A stretch of 64,000 nt of DNA from assembly GCF_006345805.1 (NCBI RefSeq), contig NC_043017.1, positions 13,516,001 through 13,580,000 of the forward strand, written 5' to 3'. Positions 11,630 to 24,336 of the stretch are shown piece by piece. Below the pieces are notes generated by a model, which was given only the letters and a program-made list of their open reading frames with translations, was not told where the DNA came from and ran no database searches. The translations under genes were made by a program, and so were the position numbers. Each line of letters opens with the position of its first letter. Positions within the stretch are counted from its first letter, which is position 1. The DNA comes from Octopus sinensis. Its lineage: Eukaryota.

Positions 11630-12174
11630 CACACGCACACAGACAGAAGGATGAAAGAAACATACAGATATGCAGAATGAAAAGAAATACAAAGTCGTCA
11701 CACAAGTTTCCCTCTATTAATTCTGATAGACGATGATACTAACTCTTCTGTTTTACTGTTGTTAACTGTTGTAGTGTTGTTGTTGCTGCTGTTGTTGTAG
11801 TTTCTTTTCACAGGTGGGCAGCGGGTGGGAGAGGGTGGCGAAATGCATAAAAAACATCGGAAGAAAAATAAAAATAAAGAAAAACCCTCTATGATAGTAT
11901 GAGAGAAATATGCAGACAGGTTGTACACATGGTATGTATGGTTGTGGGCGGTGGGCTTGTCCTTGCGGGAGATAGTGTTGCTAAAGAAGAGAGGAGAAGA
12001 AGAAGGCAGCAGTGACTTGCCAGTATGCCATGAGGGAAGAAATGGAAATACAGAGAGAAGAAAATATCTATGAATTGTAAAAGTTAATGTACACACAAAT
12101 ACACTTGTGCGTACGTGTGTGTGTGTGTGTGTGTAAGTATGTTTAAAGACACACACACACATATATATACACAT

Positions 12175-12217
<43 letters not shown>

Positions 12218-12984
12218 CACATAGATACTTATGTGAAAATACAAGCACATTTAAAAACACATACACACACACTATATGTGTGTGTGTGTGTGTGTGTGTA
12301 TATGTATATATATGTGTGTGTATGTATGTATGTATATATATATGTATATGTGTGTGTGTACATATATATATATGTGTGTGTGTATATATATATATAATAT
12401 ATATATATAGTGTAGACATAATGTTTTTGACAAAAATACAGAAAGAAAAAATATAAAATTAATGATGCATATAATGTGGGCCATGCTGGAGCACGGCCTT
12501 GAATTTTTTTTTAGTCCAATGGATTGATGCCAAGTACTTATTCTATCGGTCTTATTTGCTGAACCACTTAGTTACAGGGATGCAAACACACTAACACCAG
12601 TTTCAAGTGATAATTGGGGAGACAAACACACACACACACACACACACACATACATACATCCTATATACATATATATATATATATATATATAATATATATA
12701 TATCTATATATATACACACACATGAGCTTTTTTCAGTTTCTGTCAGCAAAATCCACTCAGAAAAGTTTGGTCAACCTGAACGATATTAGAAGACACTTGC
12801 CAAAGGTGCCATGCAGTGGGATTGAACCTAGAACCAGTGGTTGGGAAATCTATGTTAATTGTTTCTTTTTTCTGGATTTAGATAATTTAATAATTACATA
12901 TATAATGTGTATGTATAAGACACATATATAATACAAAAAACCACATTAAAATAGAAATCCAAAACCAAAGAAGACACAAACATA

Positions 12985-13140
12985 GTTGAAGAAAGAAAGA
13001 AAAACTAGAGGGGAAAGAGGAAGAAAGAAAGAAAAAGAAAGAAAAAAGAAGAAAAACTAGAGGGGAAAGAGGAAGAAAGAAAGAAAAAGAAAGAAAAAAG
13101 AAGAAAAACAAGAGGGAAAAGAGGAAGGAAGAAAGAAAAA
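12985..13140. repeat. Purine-rich tandem repeat, about 53-nt unit x3
   Basis: aaaaactagaggggaaagaggaagaaagaaaag.. repeated. Confidence 0.8.
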
Positions 13141-13571
13141 ACATCATTTAAACACTAAGTGCTTCAATTGGTCACGCACCAGAGGGTTCAATGGAACCTA
13201 CTGAAGCATGCCAACATGCTTGTAACATTACCATGGGCGATGATGAGGCTAAGGCATTGGAACAGCCAAGCACCCGCACAGGTATCCCCTGGCTTCTCAG
13301 TAAGGTGAGACGCCAGTAATGTGTGTGTTTGTGTGTGTGGCCTGCTGGTTAGAGGGTTGCACTCAGAATCCTAGGATCTTGAGTTTGATTTTTGGACCAG
13401 GGAATGCATTGTGGTGTTGGCCATGGAATCAGCTAAGTGCTGGTGCAGCCAACTCTTCCTCTGCCACTCAAATCATGAATGTTTTGCTGAGTGAAAGAGG
13501 TGTAGAACTGACAAAGTGCTTATGTTTGCTTGCAACTACATAGGCACCTTGATGGGACTCTGCTTTGAACA

Positions 13572-13874
13572 CCCCGTAAAAACTCTTGTACCTTCTATTT
13601 TGTGGAATTTTTCAGAAAACTTTTGCAAATATGTGTTCAACACAAAATTCATACAATTATGGAAAAAAAAAACAAACAGAAAAATTACTTTGTGTGATTT
13701 AAGACTTATGTAACTGTTATTTTTAGCACATCTCATGACCACCTAATAGCTTCTTCATTTCTTTGTCACTCTGACATATTGTGTTTCAATACTTTGCTCC
13801 CCATAAACACATTTAATGGTCTGTTGTTGGGATTTAAGCAAAAAATTCAGATGATGGGGGAACAAACATAGACT

Positions 13875-13916
<42 letters not shown>

Positions 13917-14270
13917 CATATATATATATACACGATGAGCTTCTTTCAGTTTCTGTCAACAAAATCCACTCAGAAGAGTTTGGTCTGCCTGAGGCTATAG
14001 TAGAAGACACTTGCCTAAGGTGCCATGCAGTGGGATTGAACCCAGAACCATGTGGTTGAGAAATCTATGGATTTAGATAATTTAATAATTACGCATTTGA
14101 AACTGATTTAAAAAGGAAAAAAAATTTTTAATTAAAAGAAACTTTTTTTTTAAAACCAAAAAGATTTTAAAAGAATTTTTTTCGATAATTGTATGAATTC
14201 TCATGTGTAGAACATAAATTTGCAAAATGTTTCTGAAAATTTCATAAAATAGAAAAGTTATGAGGGGCTA
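13572..14270. mobile_element. MITE-like element with about 95-nt imperfect terminal inverted repeats, interrupted by a SINE-B half
   Basis: 13575-13670 is approximately the reverse complement of 14170-14270; SINE-B 5' half on minus at about 13864-14065. Confidence 0.5.
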
Positions 14271-15069
14271 TAATGCCATGTCAAAAGCAGAATTCCACTG
14301 GCACTTAGAACAATTAGCAAAAGCAGAGTACATATCACCAAATACTACTCACAAACAGGTGACAACCTGGGTCTATTGAGGACATAGACACACATTTATA
14401 TAAAGTTATAATGTTGACAGTCTACTCTGAGTTCCAAACTGGGTTGAGCTGTTCACAAAGGTCATGAACAGCCTACCTAGAGGTGGGGGTGGTAAGGTGC
14501 TCAAAGCAGACTGTCAAGTTTTGGTATAATAAATATATGCACCCACTCCTCTACTCAATACATTGAGTTTTATACCAGATATTGTGAGTCCTTAGTGGAA
14601 ATATATTTTAATATACAACTCTTAAATTAAGATTGTGTGTGCCTGACACACATACAGATACACTACTACATACACACATATATATACCTCTTCAGAGATG
14701 TACACACAAATCACATATATATATATATATATATATAATATATATATTATATATATATACATATGTGTGTTATATATATATATATATACATATGTGTATA
14801 TATTATCTATAACATATACAATATATAATATAATATACATATACATATATAATATATATATATACATATACATATACATATATATATACATATACATATA
14901 TATATACATTACATATATATATATATATATATATACAAAATAAATATAAGAGAGTGGTCACTATATTTATAAACTAGGCTTGGTGTGGAATAAATATACT
15001 ATTAAATTAGATCTAATTCTCTCACCCTTATTAATTAATTAATATATATATATATATATATGTGTGTGT

Positions 15070-15378
15070 GGAGGCACAATGGCCCAGTGGTTAGGGTAGC
15101 GGACTCGCGGTTGGAGGATCGCAGTTTCAATTCCCAGACCGGGCACTGCGTGTGTTTATTGAGCGAAAACACCTAATGCTCCACAAGGCTCCGGCAGGGG
15201 TTGCTGGCGACCCCTGTTGTACTCTTTCGCTCCAACTTTCTCTCACTCTTTCTTCTGTTGGCCTGCTTGCTTAGCCAGTGGGGTGGCGTCATTTGAAGGC
15301 TAAAACAATGTGAAGCACATTGTGACCAGCGATGTGTAGCAACATCTGATAGCCTGGTCGGTCATGTGATCACGTGAT
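15070..15378 (+). mobile_element. SINE-A
   Basis: Colinear with 3096-3406. Confidence 0.85.
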
Positions 15379-16861
15379 ATATATATATATACACACAACG
15401 CTACACTCAGATATCCTCAGAGTTGTACACAGTATGAGATATATATATATATATACACATATGAGAGAGAGAGAGAGAGACTTCACATATATAAACATTT
15501 ACACATTCAAGTGTATAATGTGAATATCCTCTATGTTGAAAACCCTGTGAAGGTTACCTCTATCTTTCCTCTGAGCATAAACCAACACTAAGCAGCAATG
15601 ATATATTAAACTGTATATCATCTCTCTTTCTCACTTCTGACATAATCTAATTATAATTAAGTAGAATGCGTTCATCTTATGCAAATGAGGTAGTGGCAGT
15701 ACTGCTGCCACTTGTGTAAGATGCTGCAATTAATTATAAAACTACATTTATCATGAAGTCAACAGAGTAGTCAGTAAGTGTTATAGACACACACTGGGAC
15801 GTATGAATTCAGAAATATAGTCTATAGGGAGGTCTCACACGTATGTGTGTGTGATTTTATATTCAGGTATACACCTTGTAGTGTGCTGTTTAAAGCCTGT
15901 TCACAGTATTTGGCTACCTGATGTTAACTATCGTCTTGATGGATTTACTTAAGAAGTTCCTTTGTGTCAGTAGAGTTTATAAAACTATAAGAGAAGGAAA
16001 ATGTAATTCACAAGACTCTTTATTCCCTACAATCGTCTCAACCCATCATGCACCAATATCTCACAGATGAGACACTATACAAACAACAGGATTGAAATGA
16101 TTGTAGTGAATAGAGGGTTTTGTCAATTTTCTTTTCTTTCCCTCATGTTTATATTAATATCAGTGGCTTAGCATGTGTAAAAAACCCATAATGGTAAAAA
16201 ATCATCAATCAATAATTAAGGGTACTAACAAGTAGTACAAGAAGTTCATCGTGTGTGTGTATATAAACATACATATGTATTATCCATGTGTCTGTGTCTC
16301 TTTGCCTTGATATTGTATGATAGTTGTAAACAATTGCCATAGTCATACAAGCAGTGTCATTTATTTCTAATATTCTGTGAAAACATGTCTGGTCATTAGG
16401 AAATATTACCTTATTTGGAAACAAGTGAGGGTTGACAACAGGAAGGGCATCCAGGTGCAGAAAATCTACCTCAATACATTGCATTTATGCAAGTTTGGAC
16501 AGTGAGCTGTTAAATAATGATAAGCATGACATATATGTATATGTATACATATATATCACCTATGTACACACACACATCACATTTGTATACATTCATACAT
16601 ACATACCAATACAATATCTGTCAAAAAAGGAACTGAACTTTTAAAACAAAGCCCCAACAAGCTGGTGTAGCCTGCACATGAATGTAGTGCAGTGTATGGG
16701 TGAACTTGATCTTTTGGTAAATAACAGTATTATACTACATCAGGTAGACATCGTTGTACATATGGCAAGGTGAACATATGTTTAGAGCACTTGGTGGTTT
16801 GTGGCAAGTTGAACAAGTAAGGATTTGGAAGAGTAATTTTTTATGTGAGATTCTGTTTCAC

Positions 16862-16916
<55 letters not shown>

Positions 16917-16917
<1 letters not shown>

Positions 16918-17576
16918 CACGAACAAAATAAAAAACTGCAGTGATGGAGAAGAAACAATAAATCATATTGTCTCTGGCTGCCCAGTCCTGGTTAAGAAGG
17001 AATATACAGACGCAACAGAGTTGGGACCTATTTACAGTGGAAGCTATGCCAACACTATAAAATAACAACAGAAAAAAGATGGTATAGGCATACGCCGGAA
17101 AAGGTCACAGAAAATGAGAAAGAACCATACTATGGGATATGTGAATGCACACAGAGAAATTAAGGCCAAAAGGCCGGATGTAGTTTTTAGAGATCGCCAA
17201 GAAAAAACGCTTTCTAATCGATGTATCAATACCAACAGATGACAACGTTTCTCTAAAAGAAACGGAGAAACTTTCAAAATACAAAGATCTGGAAATAGAG
17301 GTAATTTGAATGTGTAGCCTAAAAACAGAAACAATTCCTATTATAGTAGGCGCATTAGTATGATAAAAAAGCATTCAGACAAAGACATAATAAAAACCCC
17401 AGGACTTACAAATATATATAACATACAGAAAATAGCACTGCTAGGCACCACACACATCTTACATAAAACACTTTCAACACAGTAAAAAATAAGAGCATTA
17501 CAACAAACCACAGCACATACCCAAGGTACATATAGCTCCGCTCGGTGGTGCAGTGATAAAAATAAAAATAAGACTA

Positions 17577-17580
<4 letters not shown>
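16917..17580 (+). mobile_element. R4/Dong-clade non-LTR retrotransposon 3' fragment (restriction-like endonuclease)
   Basis: CSDGEETINHIVSGC (zinc knuckle part), RPDVV, LIDVSIPTDDNVSLKETEKLSKYKDLE (PD..D/E nuclease), IPIIVGAL, IQKIALLGT; (AAT)n on both sides. Confidence 0.85.
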
Positions 17581-17615
<35 letters not shown>

Positions 17616-17830
17616 CCTTTCTACTATAAAAACAAGGCTTGAAATTTTGGGGTAGGGGACTAGTCAATTACATCAACCCCAGTGCTCAAGTGGAACTTAT
17701 TTTATTGACCCTCAAAAGAATGAAAGGCAATGCTGAACTCAGCAGAATTTGAACTCAGAATGTAAAGACTGATGAAATGCTGCTGAGCATTTTGCTCAGC
17801 GTGCTAATGATTCTGCCAGATCACCACCTT
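17616..17830 (-). mobile_element. SINE-C whose (ATT)n tail hosts the Dong-like insertion
   Basis: Same sequence as the copy at 290-505. Confidence 0.75.
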
Positions 17831-19079
17831 AATTACATTAACTGCATTAATTACCAACATGGCATTATGAAATGGCAATAATGCTGTGTAGACATGACCT
17901 GAAAAACTGTAGAATTATATGACTCTGTGGAACTAAAAACCTGTACAGCAGCCCAGGAATGTGTCTACCAATTTCTTTGTGACTGGAGTGATTGATATAT
18001 AGCTAATTCCATAAAGACATTGATTAATTACTTCTAAGATAGACATAGACATGTTCCACAAAATAGCAACACTATGAACTGTAGACATTGACAGGGCATT
18101 CTCAGACGTCATTTAAGCCCCTACATTTTTGTTCACCTTAACTATTTTTGCTAACCCTGAACATTATCATTGACCTTGAACATCCTGGTTAACCTTAAGT
18201 AAAAAGCAATAACGTTGATGTAATCATACTAAGATGAATACATACTAAAGCAAAACAAAAGGTAAACAGCATTAACTCAGGTAAGAAAACCCAATGGAAG
18301 AAAGCTTAATTATAGAAACGTTTGTATGTGTGCTTCCCAGTGTATATTTTTGGCAACCTTCAATGTTTTTTATGAACCATGAATGTTCTTAAGGAAACCC
18401 TCGATTCTCAGTTGAACAATGAATAATAAAGTAACTGTGATATAAAGCAGTATTCTCTCAGACAAGGAGCAGGGAAAAAATGCACTTAGCAATGAAAACA
18501 ATTCTGACATTGTAGTTGACAGCATTAATGTTGACATAATTGTCCAGGTAAGATAAAAAGATATTAAAGAAAAACGAATAAAAACAGCAAAAACTAAGGT
18601 AACAATAACATCAGACTGAAGCCTGATTATAAAAATATTTGTAAAGGAAGTTTCTTCTAAGGAATTGTCAGAATGGACAGGAATTTAGATATCACACAGT
18701 TTTACACTGTCATGTCTGTGAATTAAAACAGAAACGAAATGTCAAATAACTTTTAAGGAACACCAGTGAGTTAGTACAAAATATTAGAAGGAGATGATGT
18801 TTGCCATTAAGATTAAATGATGCTAGTTTAAGTCCATATTGCAAAGCAATGATAAAACTGTATTTGGTCCAAAAATCAGACTAAATCTTCTGGACTGTAT
18901 TCTTCATTGCAAAGAGATTGGATAACTGTGGTAGTTATAAAGATAATATCTAAATATAAAGACATTTAATGAAGCCCAATTTAAACGCCACATACTTTTT
19001 TGACAGATGTGTCAACATTTTAAAACAGAATGTGATTTAGTATCAAAACATTGCAAGGAAATTATGTTGTTGTGGCTGA

Positions 19080-19497
19080 TGCCAGAGTTTCTTAACTGGC
19101 TTCCCATGCTGGTGGCACACAATAAGCACCATTCATGCATGGGTCGTTGCCAGTGCTGCCTGACTGGCTCCACGTGCAGGTGGCACATAAAAAGCACCAT
19201 CCGAACGTGGTCGATACCAGCCCTGCTGCCCTGACTGGCTCCTGTGCCGGTAACATGTAAAAAGCACCATCTGAATGTGGCTGATGCCAGTACCACCTGA
19301 CTAGCTCCCATGCCGGTGGCATGTAAAAAGCACCCACTACACTCTCAGAGTGGTTGGCATTAGGAAGGGCATCCAGCTACAGACACATTGCCATATCAGA
19401 TTGGAGCCTGGTGCGGCCTCCTGGATTGCTAGTCTCCAGTCAAACTGTCCAACCCATGCCAGCATGGAAAACAGACGTTAAACAATGATGATGATGC
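19080..19497 (+). mobile_element. Repeat D with internal subrepeats
   Basis: D core at 19330-19490 and (GAT)n tail. Confidence 0.75.
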
Positions 19498-20316
19498 ATT
19501 ATTGGGCAGTTAAGGGGTTTGTTGTGCAATCACAAGGTTCTGAACTCAACCCTGTGGGACAATATCTTGGACACATTGAGCAAGTGTCTTCCAATATTGA
19601 TGAGGACAACATTCATCAATGTGTCATCAATGGATGAGTATCCCTATGCTCATAGCTGAGGGTTGAAGAGCCTCACACACAACCCATTCATTGCATCTTT
19701 AGGCTTTCTTAAAGATAAATAGGGTTGGCAGGCCACAAATCCTCCTCCAACCTTATTTACAATTGGAGTTGACTCTCTTAACCTTCATCTCCTCACATAC
19801 ACACATTAACAGTGAGATTTTATGTTCAACGTAATCCTTCTCCTAGTCTGGCTGTTTTCCCAAAATACCAAACTCAGACCACCTGTTCAATTACACAGCA
19901 GACATAGCAGTGAACACCGTAGTGCATTCACCTAGAGACAGGCTTTAACAAAAACTAAGAAGTAGCATACTTTAATGTGTATAAGGAACCCTTTTTTGTT
20001 AAAAATTTGGTTAAAGACATATCGGAGTTTCTTATACATGAATAGTATCCTAATCTCTTACAAAACCTTTTTTCTAAATTTTAAGCCCAAAAAGTTAGGG
20101 GGTTCTTTATATACATTAAAATATGGTACATCGCTTTTAAATGATCGTGTAAATATATTTGCTTGAAGTTATCATATTTCACACCATACAATGCACATTT
20201 TTTGTTAGTAAAAGTTAGTCTTATAAACTACCCTGCAGATTAGATGTATAATAATAATAATAATAATTGTGTACAGTGCTCAGGTGCACTACAACTCATC
20301 TAAAGTGTATATATAA

Positions 20317-23080
20317 TCAGGTGTAGTTTCGGCGGATTTCGGAAAGCATGAGGGCCTTAAAAGATGCAGTGTCATGGCAGTCAACAACTGACGCAGGCAG
20401 TTTATTCCATGCTTCAGCAACTCTGAGCGTGAAAAAATGTTTCCGAAAGTCATGGGAGCTGTATTGTTTTCTGACTTTGTAGGCATGTCCACGTGTGTTA
20501 GACACATGGAGATCAAAAAGGTGTTCAGTGTTGTTTGTTGTGAGGTGGTTGATAACTTTGTGGGTGTTTACCAAGTCCGTCGCCAAACGCCGGAGCTTCA
20601 GTGAATCCATGCCCAGGGAAACAAGGCGCTCAGAATATGGTAGGTGTCTGATGGAGGGTATGCGTTTGGTTGCACGTCTCTGGACAGATTCCAGGAGGTC
20701 AATGTTCTGTGCAAGATAGGGGTTCCAAACTGATGATGCGAATTCCAAGTGTGGTCGTACCATAGCTGTATACAGTTTTAAATAGATGGCTGGAGAGCGG
20801 CTAACAAAAGACCTGCTGAGTGATGCCAAGACACCCTCGGCCTTCCTGACAATCTTAGAGATATGCTTTGACCAACGCAAATCACTGCTGACAGTGATGC
20901 CTAGGTCACGCTCGCAAGAGGATTTCTTGATATCAGTGTTGTGGAGGGAGTATGTGAACGCAGGTTTTTTCTCCCAAAATGCATGGTGGTACACTTGTCC
21001 ACAGCCAGTTTCAGTTGCCAGTCTGTGATCCATTGCTGCATTGTGTCTAGGTCTGATTGCAGGAAAGAGTTGTAGACATCAGGATCTGTCCTCTTGATTT
21101 CAAGGTACAGCTTGATGTCGTCTGCATATTTCAATACTGTGGCATTCTTTAAATTGGCATCTATGTCGTTAATGTATGCCACAAACAAGAGGGGACCAAG
21201 GACAGATCCCTGTGGTACACCCGATGACATCTCATATGGTGTAGAGTGCTGTCCTAGAACTGTGACTACCTCCTTTCGGCTGAGGATGAAGGATTTCAAC
21301 CAGTTAAAAAGGTCATCCCCCACACCCATTGCAGAGAGTTTCACCATAAGCCTTTTGTGTGGCACAGAGTTGAAAGCCTTAGCAAAGTCAAGGTAGACAA
21401 CATCCACCCATGAGCCACTGTCAGTAATCTGAGTAATGTCCTCAAGGAACTCGACAAGCTGGTCACTGCAGCTGGAGTTAGGGACAAATCCATATTGTGA
21501 GGGTCGGATGAGACTGTGAGAGCTCCAGAAGTTCCAGAGTGTTTCTCTGACACACGATTCCATCAGTTTTGCAATACAGCTAGTGAGACTGACTGGGCGA
21601 TAGTTGACAGGTGATGTCGGCGGTCGCCCTTTTTGAACAGAGGAATGACACTGGCAGTTTTCCACTGCTCCGGAGTAGCACCATTGTTGAGACAGTACTG
21701 GAAGAAAATAGAAAGCTGGTGTAAAAGGAAGTGCCTGCCACGTTTGAGAAGCAGGTATGTAACTCCATCGAGACCAGGGGAGGCATAGTTGCGCTTATTT
21801 TGAAGGTGACGTCGCAGCATTGCAGGTGTAAATTCCATAGTTGTTATGGAGTTTGCTGTTAGTGATGGTGAAGATGGTACATTTTGACTTTCAACAGTGA
21901 ATATGTTTGCATAGCACTCGGCAATGAGTTCTGCGCATTCCTTGGGGTCGTCAGTGATCTGGTTTGTGTGAGGGTTGCGAAGAGGGCCCACTGGAGAGTG
22001 AGGTCTCTGCTTTGAGTGCACATATTTCCAGAAAACCTTGCTGTCAGGATTGGCTGCTATGCACTGTTCAAATTCAAGCACTGCTTTTTTTGTCACTTGC
22101 TTGAGATGGTTGGAGGATTTATTCCGCTTCTTCCTGTTGGTGTCTGATTTATGCAACCTGTATTCCCGTTCAGCAGTCCGACGTTCCCTCCTGGCAAGTC
22201 GGACCGCTGAAGTTTCCCAAATTGCCCTTTTGGGGCGGTTCTTCTTTTTTTGTTTACGTGGCACTGATGCTGCACATGCTGCCCATATTGAGTCCAGGAT
22301 ACTCTGGAGTATAGTATTCACATCTCCAGAGTTGTAGAATTCACGCCAGTTTGGGTGCTGTAGTTCAGTGTGGTACAGGTTCCAATCTGCTCTCTTCCAA
22401 TCGAAGGAAGCAGATTGGAGATGGTTCAGGTTTTTGTTGCCCGCAAGAGCCAGATTGGATGATCATAGCATGATCAGAGTCACCTAGAGGTTCCTCCGTA
22501 GTGCAATTGATAACCGCTTCAGGAGTTGTGGTGAAGAGCAGGTCCAAGGTGTTGTCGCCTCTTGTTGGAGAGGTGACTACTTGTGACCAGTTTGAGTCCA
22601 GCACAAGCTCAACAAAATCGTTTGCACTCTGTGGCCAATGGAAGGTCTCCCAATCGATCTCAGGATGATTGAAATCGCCTGCAATAAACACATAAGTGGC
22701 TGTTTTCCTGGCAGCAGCTCGGAGGACATTGCAAAGCTGTGTGTCCCGATGGTAACTTGGGGGACGATAAACAACGCCAAGCAGGAGTGTTGACATGGTC
22801 ATACGCACGTCACAGAAAAAAACTTCTTCTTGTGATTCGTTCAAATCGGCACAAGGAATTACCAAAAAATTTGAACGAACGTAGACCATCACACCACCAC
22901 CACGGCGGTTAGTGCGGTCCTTACGGAAGAGGTTGTACCCCGTAATGTTGAAAACCCCATCACAGAGTAAGGAATGCGCCCATGTTTCCGTGACAGTGAT
23001 GAAGTCAGGGTCAACACTTCTGACGTAGGCGTTGAACAATGTATTTTGTTGCATAAACTGCGAGCATTTAAGGACAACAA
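20317..23080 (-). CDS. LINE ORF2: APE endonuclease plus reverse transcriptase (4 frameshifts as assembled)
   Basis: LNARSLCNK, VTETW, RGGGV, AGDFNHP, GDSDH, FDWKRADW, SPGLDG, NYRPVSLTS, YLDFAKAFNSVPH, GVPQGSVLGP, YADD, ERDLG; shifts near 23042, 22460, 21620 and 20967; no AUG at the start. Confidence 0.9.
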
Positions 23081-23145
23081 TTTGTACCCTGCTCGCAGTT
23101 TATGATGGTGTGTAGAGGATGGCAGGTTGTCTGGCTTAGTTTCCC
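23052..23145 (-). promoter_or_regulatory. Candidate translational control element at the ORF1/ORF2 junction
   Basis: G GGA AAC (23145-23139) directly before TAA; perfect 15-bp inverted repeat 23104-23090 / 23066-23052 with a 23-nt loop. Confidence 0.5.
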
Positions 23146-23909
23146 TGAGTTGCTGTAGTCTTTTTAGTTATTGTGGGTAGAGAGCACTCAGACCAGCTGG
23201 TATCTCTCTTCCACGTTTCAGCAGTCTTGACAAATCTCCAGATTTGTCCATCTTCCCGAAGACTGAAGCTTTCCTGTAGAGCTGAGTTCCTATTCAGGGA
23301 AGCCACTACACGTAGCTTCGGACGTACATCGGACGGTAAGCCTGGGCGTGTTCGGAAGGTGGTCCGATTTTCCCGCCCAGCTTTAACTGAGGCCAGATGG
23401 TAAGAGGTTGCCTCAGTGGGGTCCGTAAAAGACAACTTGATGAGCCTAGGTTTTGGGCCAGGTCGTCCAAGGCGGATAGCACCCGTTGGGGGAACGCAGC
23501 CTAGGTCTTTGGCTGAGTTGGCAGCAAAAGCCTGAAGATCAGCCATGTCTTCTGGCACCCCAATGGCAATGACTTCATGGGTGGCAGAATCCGCGGTCTT
23601 AAATGCGACAAGAGGTACAGGTACAGGGAGGTTCTTTAGCAGAGCATTCCGATAAGACCCCTCATTGTGGAGTCCAACCTGAATGGTTGCTTTTATTCCT
23701 GCTACTTCCCCTTTTAAAGCACAGATCGATTGTTGCAGTTCTGCAAGAACCGCACTGGTCAATTGGTGTTGTTGTTGTGCTGCTGTTGCTCTGGTTGTGG
23801 TTGATTTTGTTGTTGTTGATGTTTGTTGTTGCTCTGGTTGTTGGTTGATTTTGTTGTTGCTGCTGCTCTGGTTGTGGTTGATTTTGTTGTTGCTGCTGCT
23901 GCTGCTCTA

Positions 23910-23942
<33 letters not shown>

Positions 23943-24336
23943 CTGGTTGTGGTTGATTTTGTTGTTGCTGCTGTTGCTGTTCCGCCTCCTCCACGGGAGT
24001 GGCAGGGGGAGACACAATCGTCGGTTGTGGAGGCACGCAGGCCTGACACTGAAAAGTCCAAGATTTAAGCTGAACCATCTTCCAGAGTCTATCCATCATA
24101 GCATTATGATGGCTCTTTTTTTGGCCTGGGATCTTCTGAAAGTCCGTGGCACATTGGAGGCAGACAGAGATGAGACATGTCCCACATTCGACCCAGCGAT
24201 TACGGAACGTATTTTCGGGTTCCGTACAGATGTGGCAGGTGTGATTTTCTGGGCAGTGTTCTATTTTAGAGCAGCGACCAGTCTTATCGCACGCCGCTAT
24301 GGATTTCACCATGGCGATTCTGTTGGTTCTGGTCAT
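23136..24336 (-). CDS. LINE ORF1: PHD-like finger, polyQ repeat, coiled coil, RRM-like region (3 frameshifts in the polyQ tract)
   Basis: C-x2-C-x13-C-x2-C-x4-C-x2-C-x34-C-x2-C at 24036-24237; QQQQNQPQPEQ repeats; LAELQQSICALKGEVAGIK; VIAIGVPE..RLGRPGPKPRLIKLSF; start chosen at ATG 24336. Confidence 0.8.
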
